Assembly (NCBI GenBank): GCA_964057225.1 | Contig: OZ059898.1 | Span: 7,254,001 to 7,318,000 of the forward strand | Source of the DNA: Auanema rhodensis | Taxonomy: Eukaryota > Animalia > Nematoda | DNA length: 64,000 nt | Direction: 5' to 3' | In this document: positions 13,799 through 28,333 of the stretch, in pieces | How positions within the stretch are numbered: position 1 is the first letter of the stretch | How the letters are laid out: each line of letters opens with the position of its first letter | The notes under the pieces: generated by a model | What the model saw: only the letters and a program-made list of their open reading frames with translations | The model's database searches: none | Told to the model about the DNA's origin: nothing | Program-made: the position numbers and the translations under genes

Positions 13799-15021
13799 TT
13801 AAAGACCAACTTGCTTACGAATTAAAGCTGCTACCAACTTATATGGTCTTTGTTCATATTCCACGTACTGATCATGCTCAATTTTGACTTGATCACCATT
13901 CATACGATTCAGCAATGCTACACATACAATGGCAGCTTAAATGTCCAAATTAGATCATTTCGAGATAAAACTCATGATAAAACATGATAAAAAAAGTTTT
14001 TAAATGATTTTACCTTTAACTCCAGCTCGGAAGGTGAGGGAGGAAAAGCATGTGCTTTCCATTTCAATGTTGCGAACACCCTTGTCATAGATAGTTTTCA
14101 AGAAAGCAAATTTATCCTCAGACTTGTATTCACAGAAAAATCCATCCAATCTCATTTGACCTACAAATTGAAAAAGATTTTAAAAAAATTATTAGTTGAG
14201 ACAAACCTTCATAGAAATCATCAGTGCACAGTGTTTTACCAGTTGTAGCAGGAATGTTGAGGTCCTTAGCTAAGTCTAACAGATCACTACGAAGCTGAGT
14301 ATCAAGGTGGGTATTGCGGACAACCTAAAAAATTAGATATTGATTATTATAATTATAAATATAAATAACTCACTCGTTTACCAGCAATCCATTGAACGAA
14401 ATAATCTTCCAATTCACCATTCATAGCAGCTGATGTAACTACTACAGTTCCTGGCTCAACACCAACTCCGCCAGAAGTTCCAAGACGGATAAATCTATAA
14501 ATTAATATATGAATATTGAAAATTATTATTTATTTTTAGAAAAACTGAAAATGATAATAAGATCCTTACTTAACATCAGTAGCCTTAGCATGATGCATCA
14601 ACTTCAATGACTCAACAAGCATAATGCTCAAAGATGGAGTTCCCATACCATGCTAAAATGAATTAATATAATGCATAATATGAATAATATTATATAAGTA
14701 CGTTAATCCAACAGACAGGTCCTGTCTTGTAGATACAGAAGCGATCAGAACGTGAAAGGTTCTCGGAGCATGGAATTCCACATTCCTTAGCAAACCAATC
14801 AGCATAAAGCTTGAAACGAGATGGAGATCCTCCAGTACAAACAAACTATAATATTGTTTTTATAAATACAATAAAACATAAAAATGTTTTACCTTGGTGT
14901 CACCAAAAACAGCTGGAATATCTAAAGTCTTGATTCCAAAACCAAAATGATAAAGGAAATCGTCATCAACATTTTCCAAATACTTGTTACGTAAAGCGAA
15001 TTCAGGATCAGTAGTCATCAT
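13799..15021 (-). CDS. upp-1: Uridine phosphorylase
   Basis: LRNKYLENVDDDFLYHFG..FGDTK/FVCTGGSPSR..INHGMGTPSLSIML..FIRLGTSGGVGVEPGTVVV..CTDDFYEGQMRLDGFFC..GVRNIEMES. Confidence 0.95.
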
Positions 15022-18000
15022 TGCTTAGATTGAAACTTAAATATAATTATTATAGAATAACGATATGAAATAAATACAAACAATTCATATAATAAAAGGT
15101 AACGGAAGAAAAAAAAAAGAAATCATACAACTTTCTTAGAATAATAAGAATAGAAAGATCAAATATGATATCTGATCAAACTAAAAAGATGTAATAAAAA
15201 CAAAATAGAAATCATTAATTGTTTATAAATAAAAAGTTTTTTTTCTGATTGATCAAACTATGTATTTTTCTTTTTTTATATTTATATAATATATAATATA
15301 TATACTACGTTATATATGAATATATATGGTTAAATTAATTTTTATCTGAGTATATATGTTTTATATATTGAAAATCATATATAATTTTATTTAGTAAATT
15401 TAATTAGATTTTATAGTATTAGGCTAATACTATGAGAGAATGGGCTAAGTGTAAATCAATTAATCTCAACCGGAAGTAGAAGAAGTTTCTATCATAAAGT
15501 TTATATAAATGATGTTTTTTATCATTTTAAAGATAAAATGTTAATTGGAAATTAAAAAAGATGATGACAAGTCATTTTACAATAGAAAGTTATCAAATTA
15601 ATGAAATCTTGAAAAACTTCTTATCTGCATGTTAGTCATAAAGGATTTTATGAATTATGTTTATCTTTTTTCATAATCAAACGTATTTTTTTCTATCTTT
15701 ACGTTAAAGTGTAGGAATAGATAGATCTCAAAAGTGTTTTTATGTTTTAAATTTATTTTTTTATTTGAGAAAAACTATTTTAATTTTATTGCTTTTCTTC
15801 TTTGTATTTTTAATTTTAACTGATTACTGTAAATTAGAAAAAAAAAGTTATAATCTTAAAATTACAATATATAAATTTTAAAAAGAATAAGATAATATAA
15901 CAAAAAGATTGGCTTGAGGAATACATATAGCTAGAGAAATGATGAAAAGAGACGTCTGGACACTTCCACTTTGAAGGCTCTTTCAGAGGAAACTACGGAT
16001 CGATGGGTAGCAGGCTAGTCTCAAAGATACACGAGACTTATATGGAAATTGGTTGAAAGCTAAATGCTTCGAATGAAATATAGCACATGCTGTTATGTTA
16101 GATAAACATGTTCTCCTTCTCCGATTTATTTCTGAAATTATGAGAAAAAGATGGGAAACTAGGCAGAAATAGTGAAATTCAAATTATTAATAATTTGTGA
16201 ATATGGATTATGAAGGTATTTCTTTCTTAACTATATGTTATAAAATGTTGTCTATTCTGTTCAAATAAGCTTTAATTTTCTTTTAAATTTGTATAAATGA
16301 TAATGAAGAAAAGAATAAGATTAATGAATCGCTGAAGCGGTATTAGCGTTATTCGGACACACATAGTTAAGATGAAATGCACGACAAATGGTTTCGTCTT
16401 TTCATTATATCTGGATGCATTCGAAACGAAAATGAATTCTCTGAAACTTTATTGATAAGAAAAACTTAAATATATGATTTTGCAAAGTAATCCTATTATA
16501 TTAGATAAGCGATTACGTGAGCTGGGAAAGAGCTTGCGTGGGATTTTTTCTCGACGTAGAATCAGGTTATAGTGTCTACGCAACCATGCCATGACAAGAG
16601 AATGATAATTTTGAGAACCCATGAAGAAAAGAAGAATAGTCTAGAACGATCTGTGATAGCAGATCAAACAAACGGTTTTTTTAATTGAAAACTACTGAAG
16701 AGTATGATCGGTGTAACGAGACAGAGTAATAATCTTTATTACCTTTTTTTCTGAAAGGTGTTAGAAGGTGTGGGAGATAAAACAAAAAAATGAACGTGAC
16801 GACGGTATGTTAAAAAGATAATTTATCATTTCTAAAAGTATAATTAAGTCTTCACAACCATTTTTCCGTTCTTTTATTCTCTTGTCAACTAAATATCATC
16901 ATAATTTTCGGCTTATCAAGTTTATCTACACAAATTAACAATAAGAAAATAATGAATGTAATTAAGAAAATGATGTAAAAGCTGGAAGAGTAATGATTCT
17001 ATGAAAGAAACTTTATTTATTCTATTCTCTTATTCTATTTCTATTTCTTTCTCTTTATCTCTCTCCTATCTCTCTCTCAACTTTTATTTCCACCTTTCAC
17101 CTCATGATTGGCATACGGTGATGATGAAAATAGATGGTACCAACACAAAGTATAAAAGAGAAAAATAGAAATGCTGACAAGCCAATATCGAATAATGCAA
17201 TTGGTGATTTTTCATGACGAGACAACATTATAGAAGCTTGATGCACAGACAGACAACCGGACATCCTACGTCTTTTGTCATTATCTGTATTATCACTTAG
17301 TATTTTTGAGTAAAAGTTGAAAGCTAAAATCATTGTCTTCTTTAGGTGTACCTTCTACATAAGTAGAAGAATATATTAATTTTTTGATTTGTGCTAATAA
17401 TAGAATTTTAAGTTTGATTTTTCAAAATTTAAGTGTTTAAGATGAAGTTTTCTGTATTTTTATGAAATATTGTTCAATAAAGCTTTAAACACAAAGAAAT
17501 AATAGAAATTCGAAGAAGACTAGTCAGAATGGTAACTTCTAATACAACTGAACAGTCAGTTTCTTCATCTATCGTTTGTAATGACAGCTCCGCCTACTTT
17601 CATGGTAAACGATGATGAATTGGATGAAACAGATGAAAATCTTCATGACAACACGAAGCTTAAAAACACAAAAAATTTAAAAAAAACCTTAAAAGTATTT
17701 TTTCTTTGTTTTCTAAATGAAATGTTTTTTTTTAGTTGAAAGATCAGATATAGATTATTATTTAATGATAGCTATGGTATATATAAAAAATGTATTTTTT
17801 AAATAGTTTAATATATAAATAAAAATAATAAAAGAAAAAAAAGAAATATTGAAAATGATTTTCAACAAGCAAACAACTAATATGCGATTTATAGTCAATA
17901 TCCTATATCAATTGATTGAATATACATATGTATATAATATACACATATCTAAAATCGATTATTAAGTTTAATAATAAAATATTTATAAAAATAAAAATTA

Positions 18001-18894
18001 TTATTCAAAGCTATATTCATATAATAAATATATTTTCACTTCAATTTTTTTATATTTCATTAATAATACGAATGAGATGATGATACGTTTCTAGTGTGAT
18101 ATATGGGAGGAAAATACAATCTCAACTGTTTCATGCAGTATCAAAACTTAAAATAAACATTTTATGTTGTTTTTCCTTTTTTTTTGCAAACAGCCATGTG
18201 ATCTAAGGTACGTTAATCTAGCATATACTATATCCTTTTGTTTTTTATTTTATTCACAAAACTCTTTCGTCACATCTTCTTTCGCAAGTGATGAAAGCTC
18301 GATGATTGGTCACGGATGCTACATCTTTTGACGTCATCTAGTATTTTAGCAAACTTTGACATCCTTCTTGTGAAACAGTTCAAACTATTCGGCATGTATA
18401 CATAATATATTACGTCAAATACAAAACAAAAAATGAGAGAAAAAAGAACAAATGCTTAGCAAGGCTTTTACTTTGTTTGGATTCAGTTTGTGAAATGATA
18501 AGAAAGAGAGAAAAAAAAAGAAGAAAAATCTATCTGTTTAACTTCTTCTAATATATATTCTGAAAATATGATACTGTGAAGTATTTTTGGAGTGTGAAAA
18601 TCAAGGTCAAGATGTGGACGATAGGTGAATAGCTTATGATTCAGAACAATCTTATAATCATTTCTTGATTTTCTTTTGAATGGAACATCACAAACATTCA
18701 TCAATTCCAGAACATTTCAATCATTCATAGGATGCTAAAAATACAAAAAGGTGGAAGAGGTCATTCAGATGAAGAAATCAATTTCTTTTAACATAAAAAT
18801 GAACAATTTATTTCTTATCTTAACTCTTCTATATTATTTCCTGGTTATTTCATATATTGTTTAATGTTTTGTTATATAAATAGTAATAATAATA

Positions 18895-18930
<36 letters not shown>

Positions 18931-19868
18931 ATTATTTATATATATATATTCATGATTTATCGGTCAGAAAAATTGCTATTCAAACATATTCCTTCAACTC
19001 TGTCTCTTCAACAGTTCTTATAGCTTTTGACATGATAAAGCTTTGATTTCTCATCTTCGATCATAGTTTCAATGACAAATGAGGAGGTTATGGTCACATG
19101 ATCTTATGACCTTCTATCAACTTTTAACTTGTCAGATGATTATCGAGTATGTATGGAGTTGATTAATCACTTTTGAGATTTTGAATTTAGTTAGCCTCAA
19201 ATAAATTTTCTTCTTAGGTTTACTGAAAATCAAGATGAACATTTGTTCCTTATGTTCATTGAACTTGTTACATCAAACAGATATTGCCGACGACAAATAC
19301 TATTATCTGATGTTTTTGTATAAAATTGACAATCCGTATAGATAATTTTGTGAAATACATAGAATTCGACGTTCAGGGTCTGGCACTAACTTAAGATTGT
19401 TTTAATTATATTTAACCATTGGAATACACGATAAAAAATATTTAAATATCAAATAATGGTTACCTGAATTCATTCAAATGATATGTCTTTTGAATTCAAA
19501 ACTATTTGGATTTAATACTCTAATTATCGCAAAATTGTGTTTTATGTAAGTAAGTAGAAATGAATTTTTGAACAATGTCTAATTTTAAGAAGTTTTTATG
19601 GTTTCTATTATTTTCAATGATATCTTGTATAATAGAGACACAGAAGAGAGCAATTATTCTTTATTAATGAAACCTTTTTCAAAAAGGTATAAATCTAAAA
19701 TGAGCAGTTCACCCACGTAGGAGTTCATTTAAAGCACCTTTTACAGTATAAAATATCTCACAACAATATAAAAATTAGAAACATAATATTTTGATCTTGA
19801 AGACGTCTGAGAGACAGTCAAACAAATGACAATGTTAGTTATTAAATGTAAATTTTAAAATTTTATAT

Positions 19869-22800
19869 TTATAAGCCTTTGTTCTTATTGCCGGCGTAAA
19901 CAGGATTACGGAATGTTGTAGTAGCCTGCTTGTAAATAGGATTTTCATTCTAAAAAATATTCATAAATATTGATTAGAATTTATCTGGGCTTACCGTATC
20001 CCATTTAGCCATCAACCTGTCATTAGCAAAGTTGGCATATTCAGCACGATCGTGAAGTACGGTTAACAACTTCCAAATTAGAAGAAGAATAATTCCGAGA
20101 ATTACTATTCCGGCAATAACACCAAGTACAATAGCAAGTACAGGCACAGGAGGTGGACAGTCTATAGATTGCAAAGTATGCTAAGATTCAAAAGTTAATA
20201 GTATATACCTTTATGTCTTCTAGCCCAAACAGTGGCATCGCCAGTATTTTCATCATAAAAGTATAAATAATAGAAAGTACAATCGTCAGCTGGATCAACA
20301 AATTGACAAGAAGTTGTGTCGTTGATTACTGGAAAAAAATATAGAATTTCTGATAACGTAATAGAATAAATATTACCTGGAAGCTCATCAACAGGGATAA
20401 CTTTGAAAGGACATTCGTCACAACGCGATTCGTTATATGGACCAGTTTTCCACATTTGGCACATAACACATGGCTTATACTCAATACATTTTGTTGGGCA
20501 GGTCTAAATCTTTATATGAAAAACTTCAAAGTATTTTATAAAACTTACGGGGCAAATCTCGCATTTCGCTCCGGAATAACGATTTCCATCGGGACCATCA
20601 AAACAACGACAACGGCCGCAAATACATTCTCCCTTTCCGTTACAGATTTTGCCATTAGCAGACAAGCAAGAATCAGTACTGATAGGGCATTCACAAGCTC
20701 TTCCAGTCCAGCCAGGGGCACAAATGCATCGTCCACAGTTACAGACTCCGTGTTCAGCACAAATTTTACGATCGTGTCTGGGACAGTTAAAATTATCGCA
20801 TTCACAGAAGTCTCCAGATATTTGTTCTTCAGGATTCTGAAAAAAACACGTTGGCTAAAGTTACTTGGACAAATTTAACTTACTGATCTGGGGTTACATT
20901 CACATCGGCCACAGTTACAAACACCACGGCCTTCACAGATAGCGGATTCATTTGTTCTGAACATATTTTATAATAATTTCAAGAGGTTAATGATCCCACC
21001 TTTTGCATTTCTCATTAAGAGCAGCAGTACTCATTCCAGGGCGATTACATTCACAATACTTTCCAACATGACCATTCTTGCAACGACAAACGCCACAAAC
21101 TTGATCTCCTCCATGACATTCCTCTGCATCTTTCACAATACGATCCTACGAAGAAAGAGATTTCAAACGAGGAGTATATTAAAAAATTACCTCGTTCTCA
21201 CAATCACAATCACAAAGAACTTTAACATTAACAAGAAGAGTTTCATCTAAACCAGATGGACCAATACGAAGAACAAAATCGCGTTTATCAACACAATGAG
21301 TATTTTCCAGTGTAACCTAAACACAAGATAAAAACGATATTCCCTACTAAACAAACCTCAAATTGAACTTCATCACCAACACGAATACCCTCACAAACAT
21401 TAGTATCTTTAAGAGTTGTACCGCTAAACATAAGAACTTAAAAAACTGCAACGATAATAAGAAAACTTACTCTAAACACATGCTTCTGTATGACAACTTT
21501 AATCCGTCACTGACATTAGCATTATCAACCATAATAATCTTTTCACTGATCTTTAAGTATTCGTTGGCAATTAACTCTACGATGTTACGAGAATCATTGG
21601 CAAGAACACCAACAGATGAGGAGACATCAGGCAGAGCCTCAGATAACTTAAAAAAATTATATAAACCCAAAATAGTTACACGAATGCAAACCTGAGTATA
21701 TAATTCCCTGTTACTTTGGGTAACAGCGAAGATTATGTTAGCTTTTCTATCTTTGATCATTTGATGAAGAAGAGCAATGGATGGGAAATCCTATAATCAC
21801 ATCATATACGTCAAACTTTTTTGACAAAGAAATACCTGATTCAATGTTTCAGTATAGTAACCATGGTTATCAAGATGACATTGACCATCGTTGGGCTCAA
21901 CGACTCCAGCTAACTTAAAATCAAAAGACCTTTATAAATCTTCATGGGAAGCGAAAACTTACTCTTCCATCACCAGCAAAATGGAATCCTGCGTCCGTAG
22001 AAAAGACAATCATCTTACGGGCACGCTCACGCCATCCGGTTTGCTGAAAAGAGAAATTGCAAAATTTCAAAAATAAAATGTGTATGTACGTTGCAAGCTA
22101 GAGCCTGAACAACAGCATCAAATCCTCCTTCCGGAGCATCCAAGTTACCAGAAATTTCGGCTTTTTCAACTTCAGCCTAAACAAAAAATTTAATGAATAA
22201 ACAACTATTAGAATAGAATTGAAATATTAAAATAAAATCATTTTGAGACTAACCTTGAATTTTTCAGTGTTAGTAGTAAGAGTCATTTGATGTTTGAAGC
22301 CATAAGGCTCAGCACATGGCTCAGGACAAGGTGATTTTTGCCTAAATTTAAATTAAGAAAAAGTGTAACTTGAATCAAATTGAATAAAACTAAAAATATT
22401 TAATGAAAAATACTTTTCAGGGCGAGGATCAATGAAGGGCATAAGTTTTTTGTCCACAAAGGAACCAAATCCTAGTCGGAAATTCTTGGTGATTGATCTC
22501 ATTCTTTCGGCTAAATAATTCATTGACATAATAAAATTTATATTGCAAGTTACCAATTAAATCTCCAAGTTCTGAAAGTTTTTTCTTGTCATCTTTCATA
22601 GAATAAGACAAGTCCATCAAATAGTAAAGATCAACAGGATAATCAACGGCTTGGCGGTAAGTAACATTAAAACGAACTCGAGATTCTTTAAAAATCAGAC
22701 AATAAATAAAAGATTAATGAGAAAACTCATACTTGGTCTAATTTCAACAAAGATTTCCTGGGGCTTTAATTGAGTAGCGTCTTCCTCTTTTTCTGCTTCA

Positions 22801-23264
22801 CCTTGATTAGTAAGTGGTTCATTCTGAATATTTTTATAATCAAGAATAATAGTCAAAAAATGGTTTACTTTCTCAATATTAAGTTTTGTTTCTGGATCTT
22901 CAATAAAACTTTCCGGACATCCATGTTCAATAAGACTAGCTCTATTATCACATCTTGGAAAAGATTTCTTTTGATCGAAAAGCTAAAAAGTTAAGATTTA
23001 TAAAAGCATTAAATCAGTAAGAACGTACTGGAGCTCCACACCACGCACATGACTCATGGAATTGAATACAAGCACCGCAGGTATAATTATCACGGGATAA
23101 AGAATAACATGGAAAATCTTTCTTTTCAACCACTTCCCCCGTTACTAGAAACAAAAATGTAAATTGTGCGTGAATTAATAATTATTACCATCTCCGGTTT
23201 TCCAATCACTTACTTCAGCGGCCAAACAGGCGCTCAAAAAAGAAACAAGCAAAAATGCTCGCAT
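19869..23264 (-). CDS. pat-3: Integrin beta subunit
   Basis: N-terminus [34 protein letters not shown]; MIDAS motif [18 protein letters not shown]; [11 protein letters not shown]; Cys-rich EGF repeats; [28 protein letters not shown]; cytoplasmic NPIY and NPVY. A probable non-coding 5' exon lies at about 23315-23368. Confidence 0.97.
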
Positions 23265-25423
23265 TCTTAAACTTTAACAAATAATAATAAGCTATACTCA
23301 ACTAAATAACTTACTTATATGCCTAGGCTTCACTGTACCCCAATTTAAACCGGCTATTCTGGTGTAATCTAAAAATAATGTTTGAAAATCGATAAAAAGG
23401 TTACAAAATAGATGAAGTATAAAAAGAAACGATTAGTTGATAATAACAATAATATCTAGGAAAAAATGATAAAAAAGAACAAGAAAAGAAATTTTTTTGG
23501 ACTATATTGCATTGAGTCGCAAAAAATATGCATTACAAAAGATGCTAATATTCATGAAGAAAATAAAGAAGATGTCTTAAAAAACTCAGTTCTAAGTCAG
23601 TCGATTGGATATAAACTGAACAGATTTCGATCGAAATGCTCTCCCACAGTGTAACACAGCGCTCAGTGATACTTCGGCAACTATTGCTGAATGAGGGGGA
23701 GGAGAACAAAAAGTGATGGCAGCACTAAGGCTATGTTCCGATGATTACGAAAATGTTTGCTATATAACCGAAAAAGGATATTAGGATGCGTTTGCCATAT
23801 AAATCGAAGAAAAGAAAGCGTTTCAATCGAACATATGCTGTGCATATGATTCATCATGCCCGTAACAAAAACACCAAATTATTATTGAAGCGAGAACCAA
23901 AATTAAAATGAAAATAATTTATGAAGGTTTTATAAAAATGAACTACAAGAAGATGCAGGCTAGTATGAATAAAGAAATGAGATTGATATCGAGCGTCTCT
24001 AAAAAAAGGTATGCATACAAAGTAAACACAATCATCAACCTATATTAGTTATAACCAATTGATTGATTTGAAGTAAAGGGTTTATGTTAGAATGCGACCA
24101 AGTTAAAGTGCATTGTCATCAATGATCGCAACTGAATATAGAAATAGAGTTACCAATCACTAAAATAGATAGCGGATCAACAAGTAATAAGCGAAGAAAT
24201 TGTTTAAATCAATAAACATAGAAGGCGTGGGCGAGTGAAGAAGAGAGACAAGGGGGGCAAATGGCCTCTGCGGCTCTATATCCCCAAAGCACAGTGTAAC
24301 GAAAAGCCTGGCAATTTTGAAAAAGACCAAACAGTAGAATGGAATAAGAAGAGAACCAGAAACTAGCAGAAAGATATGCGATCAAAGATGTGGTAAAACT
24401 ATAGAAAACAGCAATATTATTGAAGTTCACATAGATGTTGAAATCAGCTATAATATTCATAGTATAGTGAGAAAACGAGCACGGTTAAGAAACCAAAAAG
24501 TCACATCCTATGAATCATTCTCTAGTTACTAGTTAGATCATTATATAGTCAAGGCACAGAAGGCAAAAGACATGATGAATACAGGGCGATATATCGATTG
24601 GTCAGAGGGTGACTAGAGCATATAGACCATAAAGAGAACCAGGCGGCACTCAAACAGCACTATACCCGTTATACATCCTCAGTTAGCTATTCCTTTGCCT
24701 ATTTCCTCTTGGTATACCCAAGAACCTCTAACCTTAGTTCAGGGATAGGATGAGAAAGAAGGGCAAAGTGGAGAGAGATGACGATAACAGATGCCACAGA
24801 AGCAAAGACAAGGCCAACAGATGAACGGGTGGACATTAAACTGTCCTGGGTCAGTAACAGAAGACACGCAGAATAAAATATGAATGTCTGTCCGGCTGAC
24901 TAACCATCTATATTTTAATACAGAAACAGAGGCTATCGGCTTAAGAAAAGAGTAAGCGGTACAAAACAGATCTGACTATTGAAAAAATCTGTTCATAGAT
25001 TGAAAGAACTCTCTTCAAAAGGGTGGGGCAGAAAAATTAGATAGCATCATTTGATGGGGTCTAAACACAACAATTAGCGCCCGTCTGTCACCCCAAATAT
25101 AAAATCTCTTTATAGTTAGCAGTGTCACAATTAGCAGCCATTCAGGAAAAACTTCATTTTCAATCCTCCAAAATAACAAACAAAAACAAACAAAAAGAAT
25201 TACTGTAAAATATATAAAAACTTACTAAAATAATTATATTTTTTCTATTATTAAACTCAGTTCGGAGAGAAACAATTAAGACCATAGGAATTGTACAAAT
25301 GATAGCATAATTATTGGAAAGAACCAATGACAGATTCAGATTGAAGAACAACATTTGATGAGCATTTATTCAAGTTATTTTTATACAGTTTCTTTTTTTT
25401 CAAATTCAACGCAAACAAGAAAC

Positions 25424-28333
25424 TTATTTAGATGTGAACTTTCTTTCCATATACCCATGAGAACTCTGCAGAGATCTCTTATTACTTTGTAGCCTTTGTT
25501 CCATTGACTGTTCCGAAGCTGCTACTACTTGTGACCTATAGAGAAATAAATGTTACATAAAAAAACAAGCATCAATACCGAATAAAATTAGGTACTTTTC
25601 CTTGCTGTTCTTCCTCTTCTTCTTTTTCTTCCATTGATTTTGTTGCTTTCAAGTTCATATTTCTTGTAGATTCACGCCAATTGACATTTTCCTATAGTAT
25701 TTCAATTGATGATGAATCTTCAAAGCGATCAACACACCTGCATTTCACGTAAACGAGCTTCCTTTTCTTCTTCGGTTAATGGCTTTCGTTTAACAGGAAC
25801 CTGATTTGAATGTTTAATTAGCTGTCTATATTCATTAAAGTTTTACCTTGTTTATAACTGCATCAGGTAACTGTCTGGCAGCTTGGTAAGGGTTCACAGG
25901 GGCCGCTTTATTATCACGTTCTTTTTTTTTTACCTAAACAAATAAATTAGTTAAATATTCACATGCCAACATACTTCAACAAGGCCAAACCCAGCAAATT
26001 TCTTTTTCCTTTCAAATTCCTCCATATCAAAATCTGGCGGCAACGGCACTTCCTTTTCACTATCGGAACTTTCAACTGATTTCTAGAAATTGGGAATAAA
26101 GGCAAAATATAAAAAAAAACTAACTATATTTTTCCTTAAATGTTCTGGAATGTGAGAATCGAATTGACGAGAAGCAGTTCTAAAGTTGGATAAATTTATC
26201 AACTCAAAAGAAACAAGATTAAAAAAATCAATAGAACTAATAAACAAAATTTCAAATAGAACAGAACACCTTTTGGGTTAAACACTAAATCAGGGGATAC
26301 AAATTTCTAAAAAGAAATAAGATACAAAGCTAAATTAACCTTTCAGAAGAAGAACTTCTTTCTCTTTTCCTTTCTGATGATTTTGAACTAAATGAGAATA
26401 GTATTAAAATTATAACAATTCTGAAAAACAACCTTTTCTTTTCAGGAGAAGATGAATATCGTTTTCTTCCGCGTTCCTCGGTTCGATCTCTTCTTCGGGA
26501 GGCAGGAGAAACTGATTTTTTTTTAAAACTATTTTCACCCCTTCGTTTAGGTGACGACGAATCTCTTCTCTTACTCCTATTAGGAGAAGGAGAGGCTGAA
26601 GAATCATGCCTCTTTGTCCTTCTACTTGATCTATTATCAGACTTGGAAGGAGAAACTGACGACTTTCTCTTATTTCGAGGACTATTCCTTCTACCTGACT
26701 GTTTAGGAGAAGGAGAAGCTGAAGAATCATGTCTTTTTGTCATTCGACCTGCTCTATTGCCTGATTTGGAAGGAGAGGTAGATGAGTTCCTCCGTCTTCT
26801 AGGACTATGCTTTCTAGCTGACCGTTTAGGTGAAGGAGACTCTGAGGAATCATGTCTTTTACGGTTTCGATCTACACGATCACTCGACAAATCTCCTTTT
26901 CTGCGAGGACTATTTTTTCTAGCTGATCGCTTAGGAGAAGGAGAAGCTGAAGAATCATGTCTTTTTGTCATTCGACCTGCTCTATTGCCTGATTTGGAAG
27001 GAGAGGTAGATGAGTTCCTCCGTCTTCTAGGACTATGCTTTCTAGCTGACCGTTTAGGTGAAGGAGACTCTGAGGAATCATGTCTTTTACGGTTTCGATC
27101 TACACGGTCACTCGACGGATCTTTTCTTCTGTGAGGACTATTTTTTCTAGCTGATCGCTTAGGAGATGGCGAAACTGAAGAATCATACTGCCTAGATTTG
27201 GAAGGAGATGCAGATGAATCCCTCCGTTTTCTAGGACTATACTTTCTAGCTGATCGTTTAGGAGAAGAAGAAGCTGATGACAAAGGTTCAGATTGCTTTC
27301 GATTTTTCCTCTCCTTTGAACCAGACCTACTTCGTGACGTATGTTTTCTAAACATATGCAGTTCAATTTGTAAAAAAATAAAACAACAATTTACCTTTTG
27401 TAAGCTATGGATCGTTTTTCCTTGTCTCTTCTTGGTGATGGTGAAGATCGTCTCCTGTAAATAAACAGATTTTCATAGAAAATTATATATAACAGACCTC
27501 CTATCTTCTCGAGAATGTTGAGGAGAACGTGGGTGTCGTTTACTTCTTGATGATTTTTCGCATGACTGAGATCTTTTTCGCATTCTAAAAAGCCTTTTCA
27601 AATATAGAAGAGTATATTAAACCTTTCATTAGATTTGTCCATGGATCTAGATCTTTTTCTAACTTTCTGAAATATTAAATTACAACATAAACATTTAACT
27701 CAAACCTTTTCATCATCTGATGAATCTGAACTATCGGTCTTCTTCTTTTTCTAAGTGTTAAACAGTTGGAGTAAGACATAAGAAATTAATTATACCTTTT
27801 TTTCTTTTTTATCTTTTTTTTTCTTTCCCTTTTTTTTTTCCTTTTCGCACATCATTTCCTTAATCATTTTCTGAAGTTTCATCCTAACCAATGGGTTCTC
27901 CATTTGTTCTTTGCGACGAAGCTCCTCTTTCAACTAAAAAAAAAATTTTAAAAAGGAGGAAGAAAGAAAGTATGACAAACATACTCTGACTGCAACAAGG
28001 GGGTCCTCAGTTTTGATAACACTGGTTTGAAGAGTTGTAATTTTAGGTGCATTTGAAGTTTCACTTCGATGGGATGTTCCAAAAAATGAGCCAGTTATAC
28101 TTCTGAATATTCATTGGAAGAATACCTGTTATTAATCAGATGCTCAAAAGCATTCGGCTTCTGTTCAACTACAGCATCTGAATATTTTTCAAAATTTTTG
28201 TCAATCTGAAAGCAAAATTACAAAAATTTTAAAAATGGACAACAACTTTTTTTCCAAGTAAATAATCTTCTCGATTTACTTGAGCTTTCACGCCCTCATA
28301 CATCCATCCTATATCTTTTTCTTTTGCAGCCAT
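25424..28333 (-). CDS. CWC25: Pre-mRNA splicing factor CWC25 (mog-3-like) with an expanded RS-rich region
   Basis: GWMYEG..VNREDYLLGKKIDK; TEDPLVAV; MENPLVRMKL; C-terminal EKEARLREMQENVNWRE..SMEQRLQSNKRSLQ..MERKFTSK*. Confidence 0.82.
26570..27260 (-). repeat. Coding tandem repeat with a 228-bp (76-aa) higher-order unit built from HDSSxSPSPKRS sub-repeats
   Basis: GAAGAATCATGTCTTTTTGTCATTCGACC recurs at 26721 and 26949 (period 228); more degenerate units flank it. Confidence 0.9.

Noticed and set aside
17639-17652. Consensus X-box match ATCTTCATGACAAC
   Set aside because: No credible gene start nearby, and the degenerate consensus occurs by chance.
24200-25100. GC-richer stretch upstream of pat-3 as a gene or transposon
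   Set aside because: No spliceable ORF or terminal repeats found; more likely regulatory DNA, but this cannot be supported from sequence alone.
26410-27464. Antisense and alternate-frame ORFs over CWC25
   Set aside because: Shadows of the stop-poor tandem RS repeat.
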